The notes: generated by a model not told the origin, from the letters alone. A stretch of DNA of 45,591 nt from Acidobacteriota bacterium (GCA_017860135.1 JAFNAG010000001.1:1-45591), one strand, 5' to 3'; numbered from the stretch's first letter, positions 1 to 10,078 are shown. Made by a program: numbers and translations.

Positions 1-101
1 CCCCCGTTCACCAGCTGTCCGGCAAATCGCTTCACTCCCAGCCGCTGGGACTGGCTGTCCCGACCGTTTCTGGAACTTCCCACGCCCTTCTTGTGTGCCA
101 T
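1..101 (-). CDS. rpmA: 50S ribosomal protein L27, N-terminal part (gene runs off the left edge)
   Basis: The reverse complement of 1..101 reads ATG GCA CAC AAG AAG... = [33 protein letters not shown], the canonical L27 N-terminus. It lies 14 nt downstream of rplU, as in the conserved rplU-rpmA operon. It is missing from the ORF track because it is truncated. Confidence 0.9.
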   Translation of the reverse strand, partial: MAHKKGVGSSRNGRDSQSQRLGVKRFAGQLVNG

Positions 102-115
102 AATCCCCTCTGCTG

Positions 116-442
116 CTACCCTGTTTCCCCCGCAACGCGAATTTGATCGATATGCACATCGGAATATGCCTGTCGATGCCCTCTCATGCGGCGATACTGT
201 TTCTTGGCCCTGTACTTAAAAACAAGAACCTTCTTGCCCAGACCTTCCGCTGCCACCGTGCCGGTGACCCTCGCACCCTCGACCTGGGGCCGGCCAACGT
301 AGGTCTGCTCGTCGGTGCTCACGAGCAAAACATCAGGGAACTCGACCGTCGAGCCGGCTTCCGCTTCCAGTTTCTCCAGCCGTACAACGTCGCCTTCAGC
401 TACCCGATACTGCTTTCCACCACTGCGAATGATGGCATACAC
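116..442 (-). CDS. rplU: 50S ribosomal protein L21
   Basis: The C-terminal 108 aa of ORF 116..637 read (V->M)[29 protein letters not shown]...[22 protein letters not shown], typical of L21. The GTG at 440-442 is preceded by GGAGG (complement of 451-455) with an 8-nt spacer. The longer ORF would overlap the kinase gene. Confidence 0.9.
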   Translation of the reverse strand: MYAIIRSGGKQYRVAEGDVVRLEKLEAEAGSTVEFPDVLLVSTDEQTYVGRPQVEGARVTGTVAAEGLGKKVLVFKYRAKKQYRRMRGHRQAYSDVHIDQIRVAGETG

Positions 443-469
443 AGTCGCAACCTCCACGGCAAAACTTGC

Positions 470-499
470 ATTATACTTTGAAAGCAGCCCAAAAGCCAA
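470..499 (-). promoter_or_regulatory. Candidate sigma70 promoter of rplU-rpmA
   Basis: The minus strand reads TTGGCT (494-499), an 18-nt spacer, then a perfect TATAAT (470-475). This lies about 28 nt upstream of the rplU GTG, in the 80-nt gap after the kinase stop codon. Confidence 0.45.
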
Positions 500-522
500 C
501 ACAAACAGGTGCGCCGGGCAAT

Positions 523-1947
523 TCAGGCCGGAGTGAACCCCGGGGACCGGCTCAGGGGGAACTCGAGCTGAAACTCGGCGCCCTGATTGGTCTGGCTCTT
601 CACGCGGATTTGCCCCTGGTGCGCCTCTATCACCCATTTCACAAGGGCCAGGCCGAGTCCCGCCCCGCCGCTGTCCCGGTGTCGGGCAGGGTCAGTACGA
701 AACATGGGGTCAAAGATGTGCGGCTGGTCCTGTTCGGAGATGCCGATACCCTCGTCGCGGATGGACACATGCACCCTGGTCTCATCTCTGACCATCGATA
801 CCTGGATCCTTCCACCGTCCCTGCTGTATTTGATCGCATTGTCCAGCAGATTGAGAATGGCCCGGCGTATCCAGAGGTCATCCGCCTCCACGATCGCGTC
901 CGGAAGCTCCTCAACTTCGATCCGGATGTTGCGCTCCATCGCCAGCAGCTGCATCTGCTCTGAGAGGTCCGCCACCAGGGTGCGTATGTTGACCGGCTTC
1001 TTTTCCAGGATCTGGGATCCGGCCTCGACTTCCGACAAGGTCAGGATATCGTTGACGATGCGCGTGAGGCGCCCGAGTTCCTCCAGATTGCTGATCAGGA
1101 CGGACCGGATCTCTTCGGACATTTTCGAGGACCGGAGGGCGACCTCGGTCTCCCCCTGCAGGATCGCCAGCGGCGTGCGCAGCTCGTGCGCGACATTGGC
1201 GTTGAACGTGCGCATCTGCTCAAAGGAGCGGCTCAGCCGCGCCACCATGGCGTTGAAGGATTGTACAAGCCGCTGGATTTCCTGTTCTCTGCGGACGTTG
1301 ACGATCTGGGTGTTCAGCTTTTGGGAAGTGATCTGCTCGGCGATGTTCGCCACCTCGCCGAACGGCCTGAGCGCGCGAGCGGCAAGGAACCACCCGACGC
1401 CGACCGAGATGATCAAAACCAGCGGCACCGAGTAGGCCCAGATCAACCAGTACTCCCGCTTCATGTCATTCAGCTCGTCCAGCGAGCGGCCGAGATGGAG
1501 CACCACTTTCTGCCCGCTGGGAAAAGATATCGTGCTGCTGATGAAGCGGAACCGCCTGCCCTCGGAGGAGGCGGCGTCGGTGAAGCCGGATGGACGGTGC
1601 AGGATCTCGTTCAGGTCCTGCGCGTCGAGCATGCGCTGGACGTAGTACCCGTAGTACTCCTCGCGCAAGATGCGCCCTTCCAGATCGGTCAGCACAAAAA
1701 ACGGACGGATGGCATCCAGAGCCATCACATCAGCCGGCGTCGCACTCGGTTCCCAGTCGAACCCCTCCGGCGTGGAGCGGAGGTTTTCCGAAAAGAAATC
1801 GGCCTGTTGCTCCAGCCGACGATCGAAGTTCCGATCCGCGCGATAGGTGAATGTCTGATAGCGGATGTACCCGAAAACGACGAAAAAAATCGAAATGAAG
1901 AGCCCGTTGGTCAAACCGAGCTTGAAACGGAGAGTCCGTACATTCAC
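523..1947 (-). CDS. Sensor histidine kinase (two TM segments, HAMP, HisKA, HATPase_c)
   Basis: The H-box is NVAHELRTPLAIL, the N-box LLDNAIKYS, G1 IRDEGIGI and G2 GGAGLGLALV. There are N-terminal and mid hydrophobic segments. The GTG start overlaps the regulator stop codon (GTGA, 1944-1947). Confidence 0.9.
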   Translation of the reverse strand: MNVRTLRFKLGLTNGLFISIFFVVFGYIRYQTFTYRADRNFDRRLEQQADFFSENLRSTPEGFDWEPSATPADVMALDAIRPFFVLTDLEGRILREEYYGYYVQRMLDAQDLNEILHRPSGFTDAASSEGRRFRFISSTISFPSGQKVVLHLGRSLDELNDMKREYWLIWAYSVPLVLIISVGVGWFLAARALRPFGEVANIAEQITSQKLNTQIVNVRREQEIQRLVQSFNAMVARLSRSFEQMRTFNANVAHELRTPLAILQGETEVALRSSKMSEEIRSVLISNLEELGRLTRIVNDILTLSEVEAGSQILEKKPVNIRTLVADLSEQMQLLAMERNIRIEVEELPDAIVEADDLWIRRAILNLLDNAIKYSRDGGRIQVSMVRDETRVHVSIRDEGIGISEQDQPHIFDPMFRTDPARHRDSGGAGLGLALVKWVIEAHQGQIRVKSQTNQGAEFQLEFPLSRSPGFTPA

Positions 1948-2621
1948 GACGGAGTGCTCCGCAACGCATACCCGACTCCCCGCACGGTCTGAATCAGCTG
2001 CTGGTCGTAGCCCCGGTCCACCTTGTTGCGCAGGTAGTTGATGTATACGTCTACCACATTGGTAAAATTGTCGAAACTCGAATCCCAGACGTTTTCAACA
2101 ATCATGTTCCGGGTCACGATCTCGTCCTTGTTGCGGAGCAGGTATTCGAGAAGGGCAAATTCCTTGTTGGAGAGATCGATGCTCTTGCCGGCGCGGGACA
2201 CCTTGCGCTTGAGCGGATCCAGAACCAGGTCTGCAACCCGCAATTCCGCGGTCCCGAGAGTGATGCCGCGCCGCAGCTGCACCTGGATGCGCGCGAGCAG
2301 TTCGGAGAACGAAAAGGGCTTGACGAGATAGTCGTCGCATCCCAGGTTCAGGCCCTGCACACGATCCTCCACCGCGGTCTTGGCTGTCACCGCGATGATC
2401 GGGAGCGTCGGCTTGCGCTTGCGGAGCAGCGGGATCAGCTCCCATCCCGTTATCTTGGGAAGCATGAGATCCAGCAGGACCAGGTCGTATTCACAGGCAC
2501 GGAACTTGTCGAAGCCCTCCTCGCCGTCGGCGGCGATGTCCACTTCAAATCCGGATTGCTCGAGCCCCTTCTTCACGAAGTTGGCGACCTTGCTTTCGTC
2601 TTCAATTACAAGGATTTTCAT
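1944..2621 (-). CDS. OmpR/PhoB-family response regulator
   Basis: The receiver domain reads MKILVIEDE...DLVLLDLMLP...YLVKPF. It is followed by a winged-helix output domain (LSNKEFALLEYLLRN...VDVYINYLRNK...IQTVRGVGY). The gene is translationally coupled to the kinase. Confidence 0.92.
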   Translation of the reverse strand: MKILVIEDESKVANFVKKGLEQSGFEVDIAADGEEGFDKFRACEYDLVLLDLMLPKITGWELIPLLRKRKPTLPIIAVTAKTAVEDRVQGLNLGCDDYLVKPFSFSELLARIQVQLRRGITLGTAELRVADLVLDPLKRKVSRAGKSIDLSNKEFALLEYLLRNKDEIVTRNMIVENVWDSSFDNFTNVVDVYINYLRNKVDRGYDQQLIQTVRGVGYALRSTPS

Positions 2622-2705
2622 AGATAAACCTCAACATTGCGGCCTGTTGCCCCGAGCAACAGGCGCTTCATTTTACTCGCAGACAGGGGAAAAAAGTAAT
2701 AGTTT

Positions 2706-5700
2706 TCAGCGAAGACGCTTCCGGAACCGGAAATCGACTCCGTAGGCCCCGAATTCATCCTGCGTCGCGACGATCGTCAGATTCTTGGTGACGTCATATT
2801 CGATGATAACGATCTGCTCTGTGGTCGTCGAGAGGTTCCGCGAATATGTGACCGTGAGGTTCTGGGGCAACCGCTCGCTGATGGTCACCCTGGCCGTCGG
2901 ATCGTTCTCGGTGCCTGCCAGGAAGGGATCGACGCGGAAGCTCTGGAGTCCAAAGATGCGCTCCACCCGTTTGCCGATCACGCCCGTCAGGCTCTCCGAC
3001 AGGATGCTGGCGGCGCTCTCGCCCATCATTTCGGCCTGGCGCCGCTGGCTTTCGCTTCCGGCTGTGCTGAGATCGCCCGACATGCCGGTGGTGAGCAGCG
3101 ACACGATGTCCACGGTCGAAAGCGGCGGATCGGAGGTCAGGTTCAATCTCAGGTGAGCCAGATCTCCCCCCGCGTCGAGGCGCAGCCGGTAGCTCCGGAC
3201 ATCCGCTTCGGCGCGAACGTCGAGAACCGGATTGATGCGGTTCTTGTCGACGAAATCCGCGGAGCCTTGAATGATGTCGAACCGCGTGCCTCGGAAGAAG
3301 AGGGTTCCTTCGTTGGCGAGCACACGGCCCGTGAGGGAAGGGTAGGCAGGAGATCCCGAAAGTTCGAGGCTCATGCCTCCCTGCACCCTGGCCAACTCGT
3401 TATCGATGTAGAGGCCATTTGCGGAGCGGATGGAGAGGTTCAGGCGCAAGCCGGCCAGCAGCGGGTTGGCGACCTGGGGCATGGAAGCGCCGGTGTCCCG
3501 CCCCAGGATCTGTTCCAGCAGGCTGAAATCGCGCAGGTATTCCGCGCGCTGAACCGTCACGTCGCCTGCGAGCACCTGGGAGTCCCTGTTCCCGCGCAGG
3601 CTCAGCTGAGCGTCGACGGTGGACACGAAATTCTTGGGGTAATGCAGTCGGACTCTCTGGAGATTCGCCTGAAGATTGAGCGCGCGCAATTCCCCGTTCT
3701 GGTGTTCGAGCGTGCCCGTGAGTTGAACGGCCCCGGAAGACATCGATCCCGCCACCTCCTCCAGCTTGATCGAATTCCGGTTGAAAACCAGGTTTCCGCG
3801 CAGGGAAGAAACCGGGTACGGCAGGTCCTGGTATGCCACCCGCGTGTCCTCCAGCGATGCTTTCCCGAACACTTCGGGCCCGCTGAGCGAGCCGCTGGCC
3901 CTGACGTCGAGCGAGGCACGTCCGGATACCCCGATCTTGGGCGACAGCCGGTCGAGGAACCCGAGGTTCAGAATACCGGCAAGGCGCAGATCGAGGCTCG
4001 CCCCTGCACCGTAGGGAATCGCGCCGTCGAGCGTGAGGTTGCTCCCTTCTCCGGTCAGACGCGCCTCTTCGACGTTCACACGCCCTTCCCGGGCCGCAAA
4101 TCGAATCAGCCCTTCGTTGCGGAACTCGTAGTCCTGCACCTTGAAGCGGGCGCCGTCCATTTCGCCGCGAAGCGTCAGCCGGGAAGTGTCGGCGAAGGGC
4201 CCTTCAATGACGAGGGTCCCGTGCAACGCCGTGGTCAGGTCGTTGAATATGGCCGGAGCAATGTCCGCGATGATCCTTTTTACGTTCCAGTCACGATATA
4301 CCAGTGTGACACGGCCCGGGAAGCCGGTTTCGGTCGAGAGGCGGGCTTCGCCGCGAAACCCGCCGAGGTCGGACTGCACATCGAATGTGGCGGACAGGGA
4401 CTGGTCCTCCCACTCCACTGATGCTTTTCCCCTGCCCAGATCCCATTCCGCGTAGCGCAGGCCTTCGAGGTCCACGCCGGCCTTGATATCGGGCCGTTCC
4501 AGGGTTCCGCGGACTGTCCCGGCGGCCGTGAGCCGCCCGTCGATCGCGAGCCCGCCCGCCCTGATCCGGGCCAGATCCTGGAGCTGCAATTCTTTCAGCC
4601 CCGCCGAGAGATCCATTTCGTGCGTGTCGAGGTTGACCCTTCCCTGCACGTTCACCGCGGCGGATCCGCGCTGGATCAGGCCGCTCTGGATGTGAAGCTC
4701 CCGGCCCCCAACCCGCACGGCAGCTCGCACCAGGTCGACTTTTTCCTCGTTGTAGCTTCCGTTTTCGACCTGGAATTGTCCTTCCCCCTGGAAGGCGCCA
4801 TGCTGGAATTCGATCCGCCCCTGCCCGCTGAGGAGGCCCGCCACCTGCGCTTTCAGGTCCACGCCGAAATCACTCAGGGACGCCAGGGAGATCTGCCGGA
4901 TGGTTCCCGCGAATTGAAAACCGGCCGGAAGGGAGTCCTGCGGCATGGTGAAATCAAGCTCGCCTTCCGCAGACTGGGTTCCCTGGCGGAGCCGCAGCGC
5001 ACGCAACTGCAGCCGTTTCCCTCTCCAGGCTGCCAGCGCGCTCAGGCTGTCCACGCGGATATTCTTCCAGCGGCCTTCCGCCACGTTGACCTGTCCGTCA
5101 TAGGCCATCGCATTTTCAGGCCGAAGGCGCATTTCGCCGTTCAGGTGAATCCGGCCCGAAATCCCCAGGATCCCGGGATTCTCTTGAATGAGTCTGTCGA
5201 GCGAACTGGAAAGGGTCCGGGCGAACTCCAGGACCTCCACCGGTTGGCTGGTATCCAGCTGAATCCGCGCGCGCTCCGCATCCAGTCCCTGCGCGCCGAT
5301 TTTCGTTCCGGGGGAAGAGAGGCTGGCCGTATTCAGTATCCAGGCGCGTTGCCGGTAGGCGAACGCTGCCGTCCCTTCCAGGGGTGTCCCCACCCCCGGA
5401 CCGGCGGCTCCCGCCGTCAAACCGTGCAGGAAGACGGTTCCATCGGCTTGGAGGTCCTGCAGGCCCCGGCGCCACTCCAGAGTGGCTTCGGCATCCACGC
5501 TGTTCTCGAGCTGCATTGCATCCAGCCCCAGCACCCCGGATCCGTCGCGCACGATGATATTCTCGCCCGAGATTTCGAGGTGGTGAGGTCTGCTGCGGGC
5601 GCCGGAGAGTTCCAGCACTCCTTGCACACGGAAACTGCCCGGCCCCATTCTGCCGCGAACCTCGCGAAGCTGCAGTGCCCCCTCCTTGACCTCGAACAAC

Positions 5701-6608
5701 CCGCGCAAGTCCTGCGCGGATGCCTGCCGGTATCCCGCAGCCTCCGCAACGAAACTCCCCTCTGCGTGAAATCCCCGGCGATCCCAGAGGATATCGCTGG
5801 TTACGTCCACGTCGCCGCGCGCCTCCCTGAGGTGGGGAGTGATCAGGGTAAGATCGTCGCTGGAGAACCTCCCCGTTGCGTGCAACCGCAGCGCCGGCGC
5901 GCTCCAGTCGGAGAGAGATCCGCTGCCGGTGAAACGGCTCTTGCCTTCCCGGAGGTCGAATGACTCGATATCGAGGCCGCCGGGCGACATGCGAAGCGCC
6001 GCATCCAGATCATAGAGGAATTTGCGGTCGGCCCACTCGAGAGGGCTGCTCCGGTAGGAAAGGCGTATGGCATAGCTCTGCGGAGCGGGCCGATACTCGA
6101 TGCCGCATTGGAGGTCGATCACCTGCAGGTCAAGCGGGATGCGGCGGTTGTTCAGGTGCACCCAGCCGTCCCGGACGACGGCCTTTCGGGCTGCGACAGC
6201 CAGGGATTTCTGAATGACGGGCCCGAGGCTCCAGGTCCCTCCGCCAGGTTCCTGCAGGATTTCCATCCTCAGCCGCTCCATATCCAGTTCCGCCAGCTCG
6301 ATCCTGGGACTCCACAATGCAGCCAGGCGGAAGGATCCGGATATCTCGGCGATGCGCAACTCGAAGCGGTTGCCGGTTTCCTTTCTCGATTTCAGTTCAA
6401 AATCGGACAAGGAGAACCGGCCACGGAGAATGTCGATCGAGAAACGGGACATTCCGGCCCGCAATCCGGTCGATTGCTCGATTTGCGCGACAATCGATGA
6501 CCGGACACGCTCCCGGAACTTATCCGAGCGCAGGTAGGATACGCTCACAGCCGCGATCAACACCAAGATGAGCACACCCGCCAGGAGCAAGATCGTATGA
6601 CGCCTCAT
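2706..6608 (-). CDS. tamB: TamB-like translocation and assembly module protein (AsmA-like, DUF490 C-terminus)
   Basis: The protein is about 1300 aa. It has a single N-terminal TM anchor (MRRHTILLLAGVLILVLIAAVSV) and a long beta-rich body. The C-terminus (LNLTSDPPLSTVDIVSLLTTG...RVTISERL...VIIEYDVTKNLTIVATQDEFGAYGVDFRFRKRL) is characteristic of TamB. The start was chosen at ATG 6608, which overlaps the upstream stop codon as ATGA. The track start at 6686 would overlap the upstream gene by 80 nt. Confidence 0.8.
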   Translation of the reverse strand: MRRHTILLLAGVLILVLIAAVSVSYLRSDKFRERVRSSIVAQIEQSTGLRAGMSRFSIDILRGRFSLSDFELKSRKETGNRFELRIAEISGSFRLAALWSPRIELAELDMERLRMEILQEPGGGTWSLGPVIQKSLAVAARKAVVRDGWVHLNNRRIPLDLQVIDLQCGIEYRPAPQSYAIRLSYRSSPLEWADRKFLYDLDAALRMSPGGLDIESFDLREGKSRFTGSGSLSDWSAPALRLHATGRFSSDDLTLITPHLREARGDVDVTSDILWDRRGFHAEGSFVAEAAGYRQASAQDLRGLFEVKEGALQLREVRGRMGPGSFRVQGVLELSGARSRPHHLEISGENIIVRDGSGVLGLDAMQLENSVDAEATLEWRRGLQDLQADGTVFLHGLTAGAAGPGVGTPLEGTAAFAYRQRAWILNTASLSSPGTKIGAQGLDAERARIQLDTSQPVEVLEFARTLSSSLDRLIQENPGILGISGRIHLNGEMRLRPENAMAYDGQVNVAEGRWKNIRVDSLSALAAWRGKRLQLRALRLRQGTQSAEGELDFTMPQDSLPAGFQFAGTIRQISLASLSDFGVDLKAQVAGLLSGQGRIEFQHGAFQGEGQFQVENGSYNEEKVDLVRAAVRVGGRELHIQSGLIQRGSAAVNVQGRVNLDTHEMDLSAGLKELQLQDLARIRAGGLAIDGRLTAAGTVRGTLERPDIKAGVDLEGLRYAEWDLGRGKASVEWEDQSLSATFDVQSDLGGFRGEARLSTETGFPGRVTLVYRDWNVKRIIADIAPAIFNDLTTALHGTLVIEGPFADTSRLTLRGEMDGARFKVQDYEFRNEGLIRFAAREGRVNVEEARLTGEGSNLTLDGAIPYGAGASLDLRLAGILNLGFLDRLSPKIGVSGRASLDVRASGSLSGPEVFGKASLEDTRVAYQDLPYPVSSLRGNLVFNRNSIKLEEVAGSMSSGAVQLTGTLEHQNGELRALNLQANLQRVRLHYPKNFVSTVDAQLSLRGNRDSQVLAGDVTVQRAEYLRDFSLLEQILGRDTGASMPQVANPLLAGLRLNLSIRSANGLYIDNELARVQGGMSLELSGSPAYPSLTGRVLANEGTLFFRGTRFDIIQGSADFVDKNRINPVLDVRAEADVRSYRLRLDAGGDLAHLRLNLTSDPPLSTVDIVSLLTTGMSGDLSTAGSESQRRQAEMMGESAASILSESLTGVIGKRVERIFGLQSFRVDPFLAGTENDPTARVTISERLPQNLTVTYSRNLSTTTEQIVIIEYDVTKNLTIVATQDEFGAYGVDFRFRKRLR

Positions 6609-7288
6609 GGGTGCTTGCCCTCCTGAAGATGCCCGGAGCCGGGGAAAAACTCGATGCGGGCCCGGGTCCGGATATTCGCGATCCACGCTTCGTAATCGGC
6701 CGTAACCTTCTGCTCCGTCAGGATCGCGCTGATTTGAGGTGATACCTCCCCAAGGGGAGGAAGGGGGGATCCTTTTTTCTGCAAGACCGGCACCAGTTTT
6801 TCCCGGTAATAGGCTTCGACTTCCAGTTCCGAGGGCGCCGCGAAGGGGCGGAAACGCAAGTCGATGAATCGTTCCGTCAGCATGCGCAGCCGCACCTCGG
6901 CGACGAGTTCTGCCTCCTGCAGACCAAGCTGGCGCAGAAGAGCTGCCAGGCCGCCAATCTCCGCATACGCCTCTCTAAATTCGTCCAGCTTCGCCAGCAC
7001 TTCGGCCTGCATCCGGCTTTGATCGCCCCCTTCGAGGGGAAAGTACTCCAGTTCCTGACGCACCAGTTCCAGGTCGATCAAACGATTTAGCTCAACCTGT
7101 CGCGAACCGCGCGTGTCGCTCCTGCCGAGGGAGAGAACGGCATTGAGCGGGCGGGCGATCCTCAAGTCTCCCTCCGTGACAATCCTGCCGTTTACCGCTG
7201 CCAGCAGCCGGTCGATTTCCCCGGCGGACTGTGCAGCCGCGGCCGAACAGGTCAGGAGAATCGCGGCAATCCACCAAAGTCTCCTCAT
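6605..7288 (-). CDS. Periplasmic chaperone-like protein (SurA N-terminal-domain type, no PPIase domain seen)
   Basis: It has a signal peptide (MRRLWWIAAILLTCSAAAAQS) followed by LLAAVNGRIVTEGDL..., resembling the SurA/PpiD N-terminal chaperone module. It sits between bamA and tamB, where skp/ompH is usually found. Confidence 0.5.
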   Translation of the reverse strand: MRRLWWIAAILLTCSAAAAQSAGEIDRLLAAVNGRIVTEGDLRIARPLNAVLSLGRSDTRGSRQVELNRLIDLELVRQELEYFPLEGGDQSRMQAEVLAKLDEFREAYAEIGGLAALLRQLGLQEAELVAEVRLRMLTERFIDLRFRPFAAPSELEVEAYYREKLVPVLQKKGSPLPPLGEVSPQISAILTEQKVTADYEAWIANIRTRARIEFFPGSGHLQEGKHP

Positions 7289-7297
7289 AGCATTCCC

Positions 7298-10063
7298 TCA
7301 GAAGGACGGACCGATCGTCACGAAAAAATGCCCTGTCTTGTACCCCAGATCCTTGAGGTGCTGCGGCAGGTTCAGGTTGACACCGTAGTCCAGGCGGATC
7401 GGACCCAGGGGTGTCCGGATCCTCAGGCCACCGCCCACGGTATGGCTCACGTCAGCAAGCCGGACGGAGCCCAGATCCACGAACACATTGCCTACGTCAT
7501 AGAAACCCGAGACCTCCAGCCTGCTCACCAGCGGCAAGCGCAATTCCAGGTTGCCGATCAGAAGCGCGTTCCCCCCGACCGGGTCGTTGCTCGGACCCAG
7601 CGGACCGGCGCGATCGGTCTCGAATCCCCGCAATGTCGAGGCGCCTCCGGCGAAGAATCTCTCGCTGATGGGGATATTCCGGTCCCCTGCAAAGGGATAG
7701 ATCCATCCGAAACGCAGGAAAGAGGCCAGGCGCAAAGGCCCGCGGAGCGTCCGGTAGTAGCTGTTCTGCGTGTACAAGGACATGTAGTGGCCGCTGGGCA
7801 GAAGCTCTCTCGGAAGCTTCGAGGTGAGACTCAGATCGGTGGAGGTGAAAAAGCCCCGCACGGGATCCAGGTAGTTGTCGCGCGTGTCGTTGATATAGAT
7901 GGCAGAAACCGCGGAAAGATTTCGCGGAGTGTCTTCCCGAATGAGCTCCGCCACGTTGTTGGACACCAGCACGTTGGTGAATCGATAGCGCAACAGCCCC
8001 CAAGTGTGGTCATTGAAGGGATGGCTGTATTGGTAGGCAAGGTCGACACGACGGACGTCGAAGCCGACCTCCGACCTCTTGGTGCCGGAGAATGTCAAGT
8101 AGGAGTCGACCGGAAGGAAGCGGAACTGAGGCGGCTGAAAGCTCAGGGAACCCGCCTGTTGAACGGCGCTGCCCCGCAGGCGAAGATCTACGCGCTGCCC
8201 CAGTCCCAGGATGTTCAGGTCGCTCAACTCGAGAATGCCGCGCAGCTTTTCCCGCTCCTGGTAGCCGAAGCCATAGCGCACCGTGATCGGCTTGGCCTCC
8301 CGCAAGTGAACGATGACATTCTGATAAGGGACGGCCTTTTCGGGATTCTGAGCTGCCACCCGCACCACATCGAAGACGCCGGTGCCGTACAGTGCCCTCT
8401 GCGAATCCAGCATTTTCCCCAGGCTCAGCGGGTCCTCGGATTTCAGCTGGATGCGTTTTTTGATCACCGAGTCCCGCGTCCGGTCTTTGCCGAGGACCAC
8501 GACCCTGTCGACACGGGATTGGACTCCCTCCTCGACCTGAAAAACCAGCCGGTAGACATGGCTGCCGTCGATCTTCTCGGCACGGTAGGTCACGGCAGCA
8601 TGCATATACCCTTCATCGCTGCAAGCCGACAGTATGGCTTGGCGATCGTATTCCGCAAGCAGCGGAGAGTATGGCGCCCCCTCCTTGAGCCGCAACCTGG
8701 CTGTGAGCTTCTCTACACTCAAATGCAACTCCCGGGGGGCGATCTCCACTGCCCCGGCGCGAGCCTGCAGGCCCTCCTCGCATTCGAACGTGATGCGCAG
8801 CTTCTCGCCGTTCTCCAGCGGTTCCACAAGGGGTATTACCAGAGCGTCCAGATAGCCGGCGCCGAAGTACAGGCTCTGCAGAGACTCCACATCGGAATCG
8901 AGCTTGGAAACGCTGTAAGGGGATTTCTGGAGGAATCGGACCGGCTGGATTTGAATGGATTTCAGAAGATAGTCATCTGTGAAGGCCTGGTTGCCGTGAA
9001 AACGCACTTCGCTCACGGTTACTTTCCTGCCGCGTTCGATGATGTAGCGCACCAGCCGCAGGCCGGTTTCATCCCGGCTTTCCTGAATCGACACCGAAGA
9101 CTCCGGATAGCCGCGCTCCTCCAGATACTCCCTCAGATTGGCAGATCCTTCCTCAAGAAGTTCCGACCGCAGTCCCTCTCCTGACAGCACGGGGAGCAGC
9201 CGGCGCAGCTGGTCCTTCGGGATCTTAAATCCGTCGACCTCGACACGCACTCTGCCGAAATTGGCGACCGAGAGCTCGAGGGTGACAGAGTTGTCCTCCG
9301 GCCGGTAGGACTCCGCCAGTTGAGGCTCGGCATCCAGAAAACCGCGGCCAACCAGGTATTCCCTCACGTCCTCCAGGCGCTTCCGAAAGCGGTCGCGCTT
9401 GTATTTCTGCCCCTCGCGAAAACCGAGACGCTCGCGGATGATGGTGGCTTCATTCGAGGGAATCCCGCCGATCACCAGCGAACGGATCGTGGCAAGCTCA
9501 CCCGCCTCTACTTCAAAATAGGCGTCGATCTGCGCACGCGCCTCGTCGGCCTCCGTGCGCACCTTTACCGCTGCCTGATAGAACCCCAGATCCCGCATGT
9601 AGGATACTACCGCCTGGCTGGCCTCTTCGAGCTTCTGCGGCGAGTAGTGTTCCCCTACCGGCAGGGCAATCGCCTCTGAGGGGTAGCGCCCCCCGAGATC
9701 GACACTCCCCTTCAGGAAAAAGCGGTTGAAAAACAGGTTGAGACGCAGCTGGAATATGAGCCGCACCCCGTCCTCTTCAGGCTCCGCCGAAACGGCGATC
9801 TCTGAGAAACTCCCCGTGTCATAGAGCGCCTGGATCGAACTCTTTAATGCGCTCCGCGTCAACGGCATTCCCGGTTGCAGGTCGATCGTGCGGTCATAGC
9901 GCGAGCGCTCCAGCGGCTGGTCCGACTCATATCGGATGCTGCGGATCACCTTTCCAAACAGCGCGGCATCCTGGGGCCGCCCCGACACTGCTGCCGGGAC
10001 CGCGACCACGGCCGCGACCAGAAGGAGCAACAGGCGGGTTTGACCGCCAGGGAATTTCACCAT
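7298..10063 (-). CDS. bamA: Outer membrane protein assembly factor BamA (POTRA repeats plus Omp85 barrel)
   Basis: The protein is 921 aa with a signal peptide. It has repeated POTRA-like segments (e.g. VIRSIRYESDQ..., VSEVRFHGNQAFTDDYL...). The C-terminal barrel carries Omp85 motifs (RFFAGGASTLRGF, GGNALLIGNLELRLPL) and ends in ...FFVTIGPSF. Confidence 0.9.
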   Translation of the reverse strand: MVKFPGGQTRLLLLLVAAVVAVPAAVSGRPQDAALFGKVIRSIRYESDQPLERSRYDRTIDLQPGMPLTRSALKSSIQALYDTGSFSEIAVSAEPEEDGVRLIFQLRLNLFFNRFFLKGSVDLGGRYPSEAIALPVGEHYSPQKLEEASQAVVSYMRDLGFYQAAVKVRTEADEARAQIDAYFEVEAGELATIRSLVIGGIPSNEATIIRERLGFREGQKYKRDRFRKRLEDVREYLVGRGFLDAEPQLAESYRPEDNSVTLELSVANFGRVRVEVDGFKIPKDQLRRLLPVLSGEGLRSELLEEGSANLREYLEERGYPESSVSIQESRDETGLRLVRYIIERGRKVTVSEVRFHGNQAFTDDYLLKSIQIQPVRFLQKSPYSVSKLDSDVESLQSLYFGAGYLDALVIPLVEPLENGEKLRITFECEEGLQARAGAVEIAPRELHLSVEKLTARLRLKEGAPYSPLLAEYDRQAILSACSDEGYMHAAVTYRAEKIDGSHVYRLVFQVEEGVQSRVDRVVVLGKDRTRDSVIKKRIQLKSEDPLSLGKMLDSQRALYGTGVFDVVRVAAQNPEKAVPYQNVIVHLREAKPITVRYGFGYQEREKLRGILELSDLNILGLGQRVDLRLRGSAVQQAGSLSFQPPQFRFLPVDSYLTFSGTKRSEVGFDVRRVDLAYQYSHPFNDHTWGLLRYRFTNVLVSNNVAELIREDTPRNLSAVSAIYINDTRDNYLDPVRGFFTSTDLSLTSKLPRELLPSGHYMSLYTQNSYYRTLRGPLRLASFLRFGWIYPFAGDRNIPISERFFAGGASTLRGFETDRAGPLGPSNDPVGGNALLIGNLELRLPLVSRLEVSGFYDVGNVFVDLGSVRLADVSHTVGGGLRIRTPLGPIRLDYGVNLNLPQHLKDLGYKTGHFFVTIGPSF

Positions 10064-10078
10064 GACGCGTAACAGGCC

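Noticed and set aside
443-637. N-terminal extension of the rplU ORF (track start 637).
   Set aside because: The extension has no similarity to L21 and overlaps the histidine kinase 3' end. A GTG at 442 with a GGAGG SD sequence gives the canonical [13 protein letters not shown]-terminus.
7328-9184. A 618-aa ORF antisense to bamA. Similar long antisense ORFs occur at 14753-16267, 19798-21288, 24168-26048, 27433-28512, 30464-31540, 35818-37293, 39910-41154 and 42420-44159.
   Set aside because: Each lies opposite a gene with strong family motifs. Their translations are Arg/Gly/Pro/Ala-rich low-complexity sequence with no recognisable domains. This is the usual shadow-ORF artefact of high-GC coding DNA.
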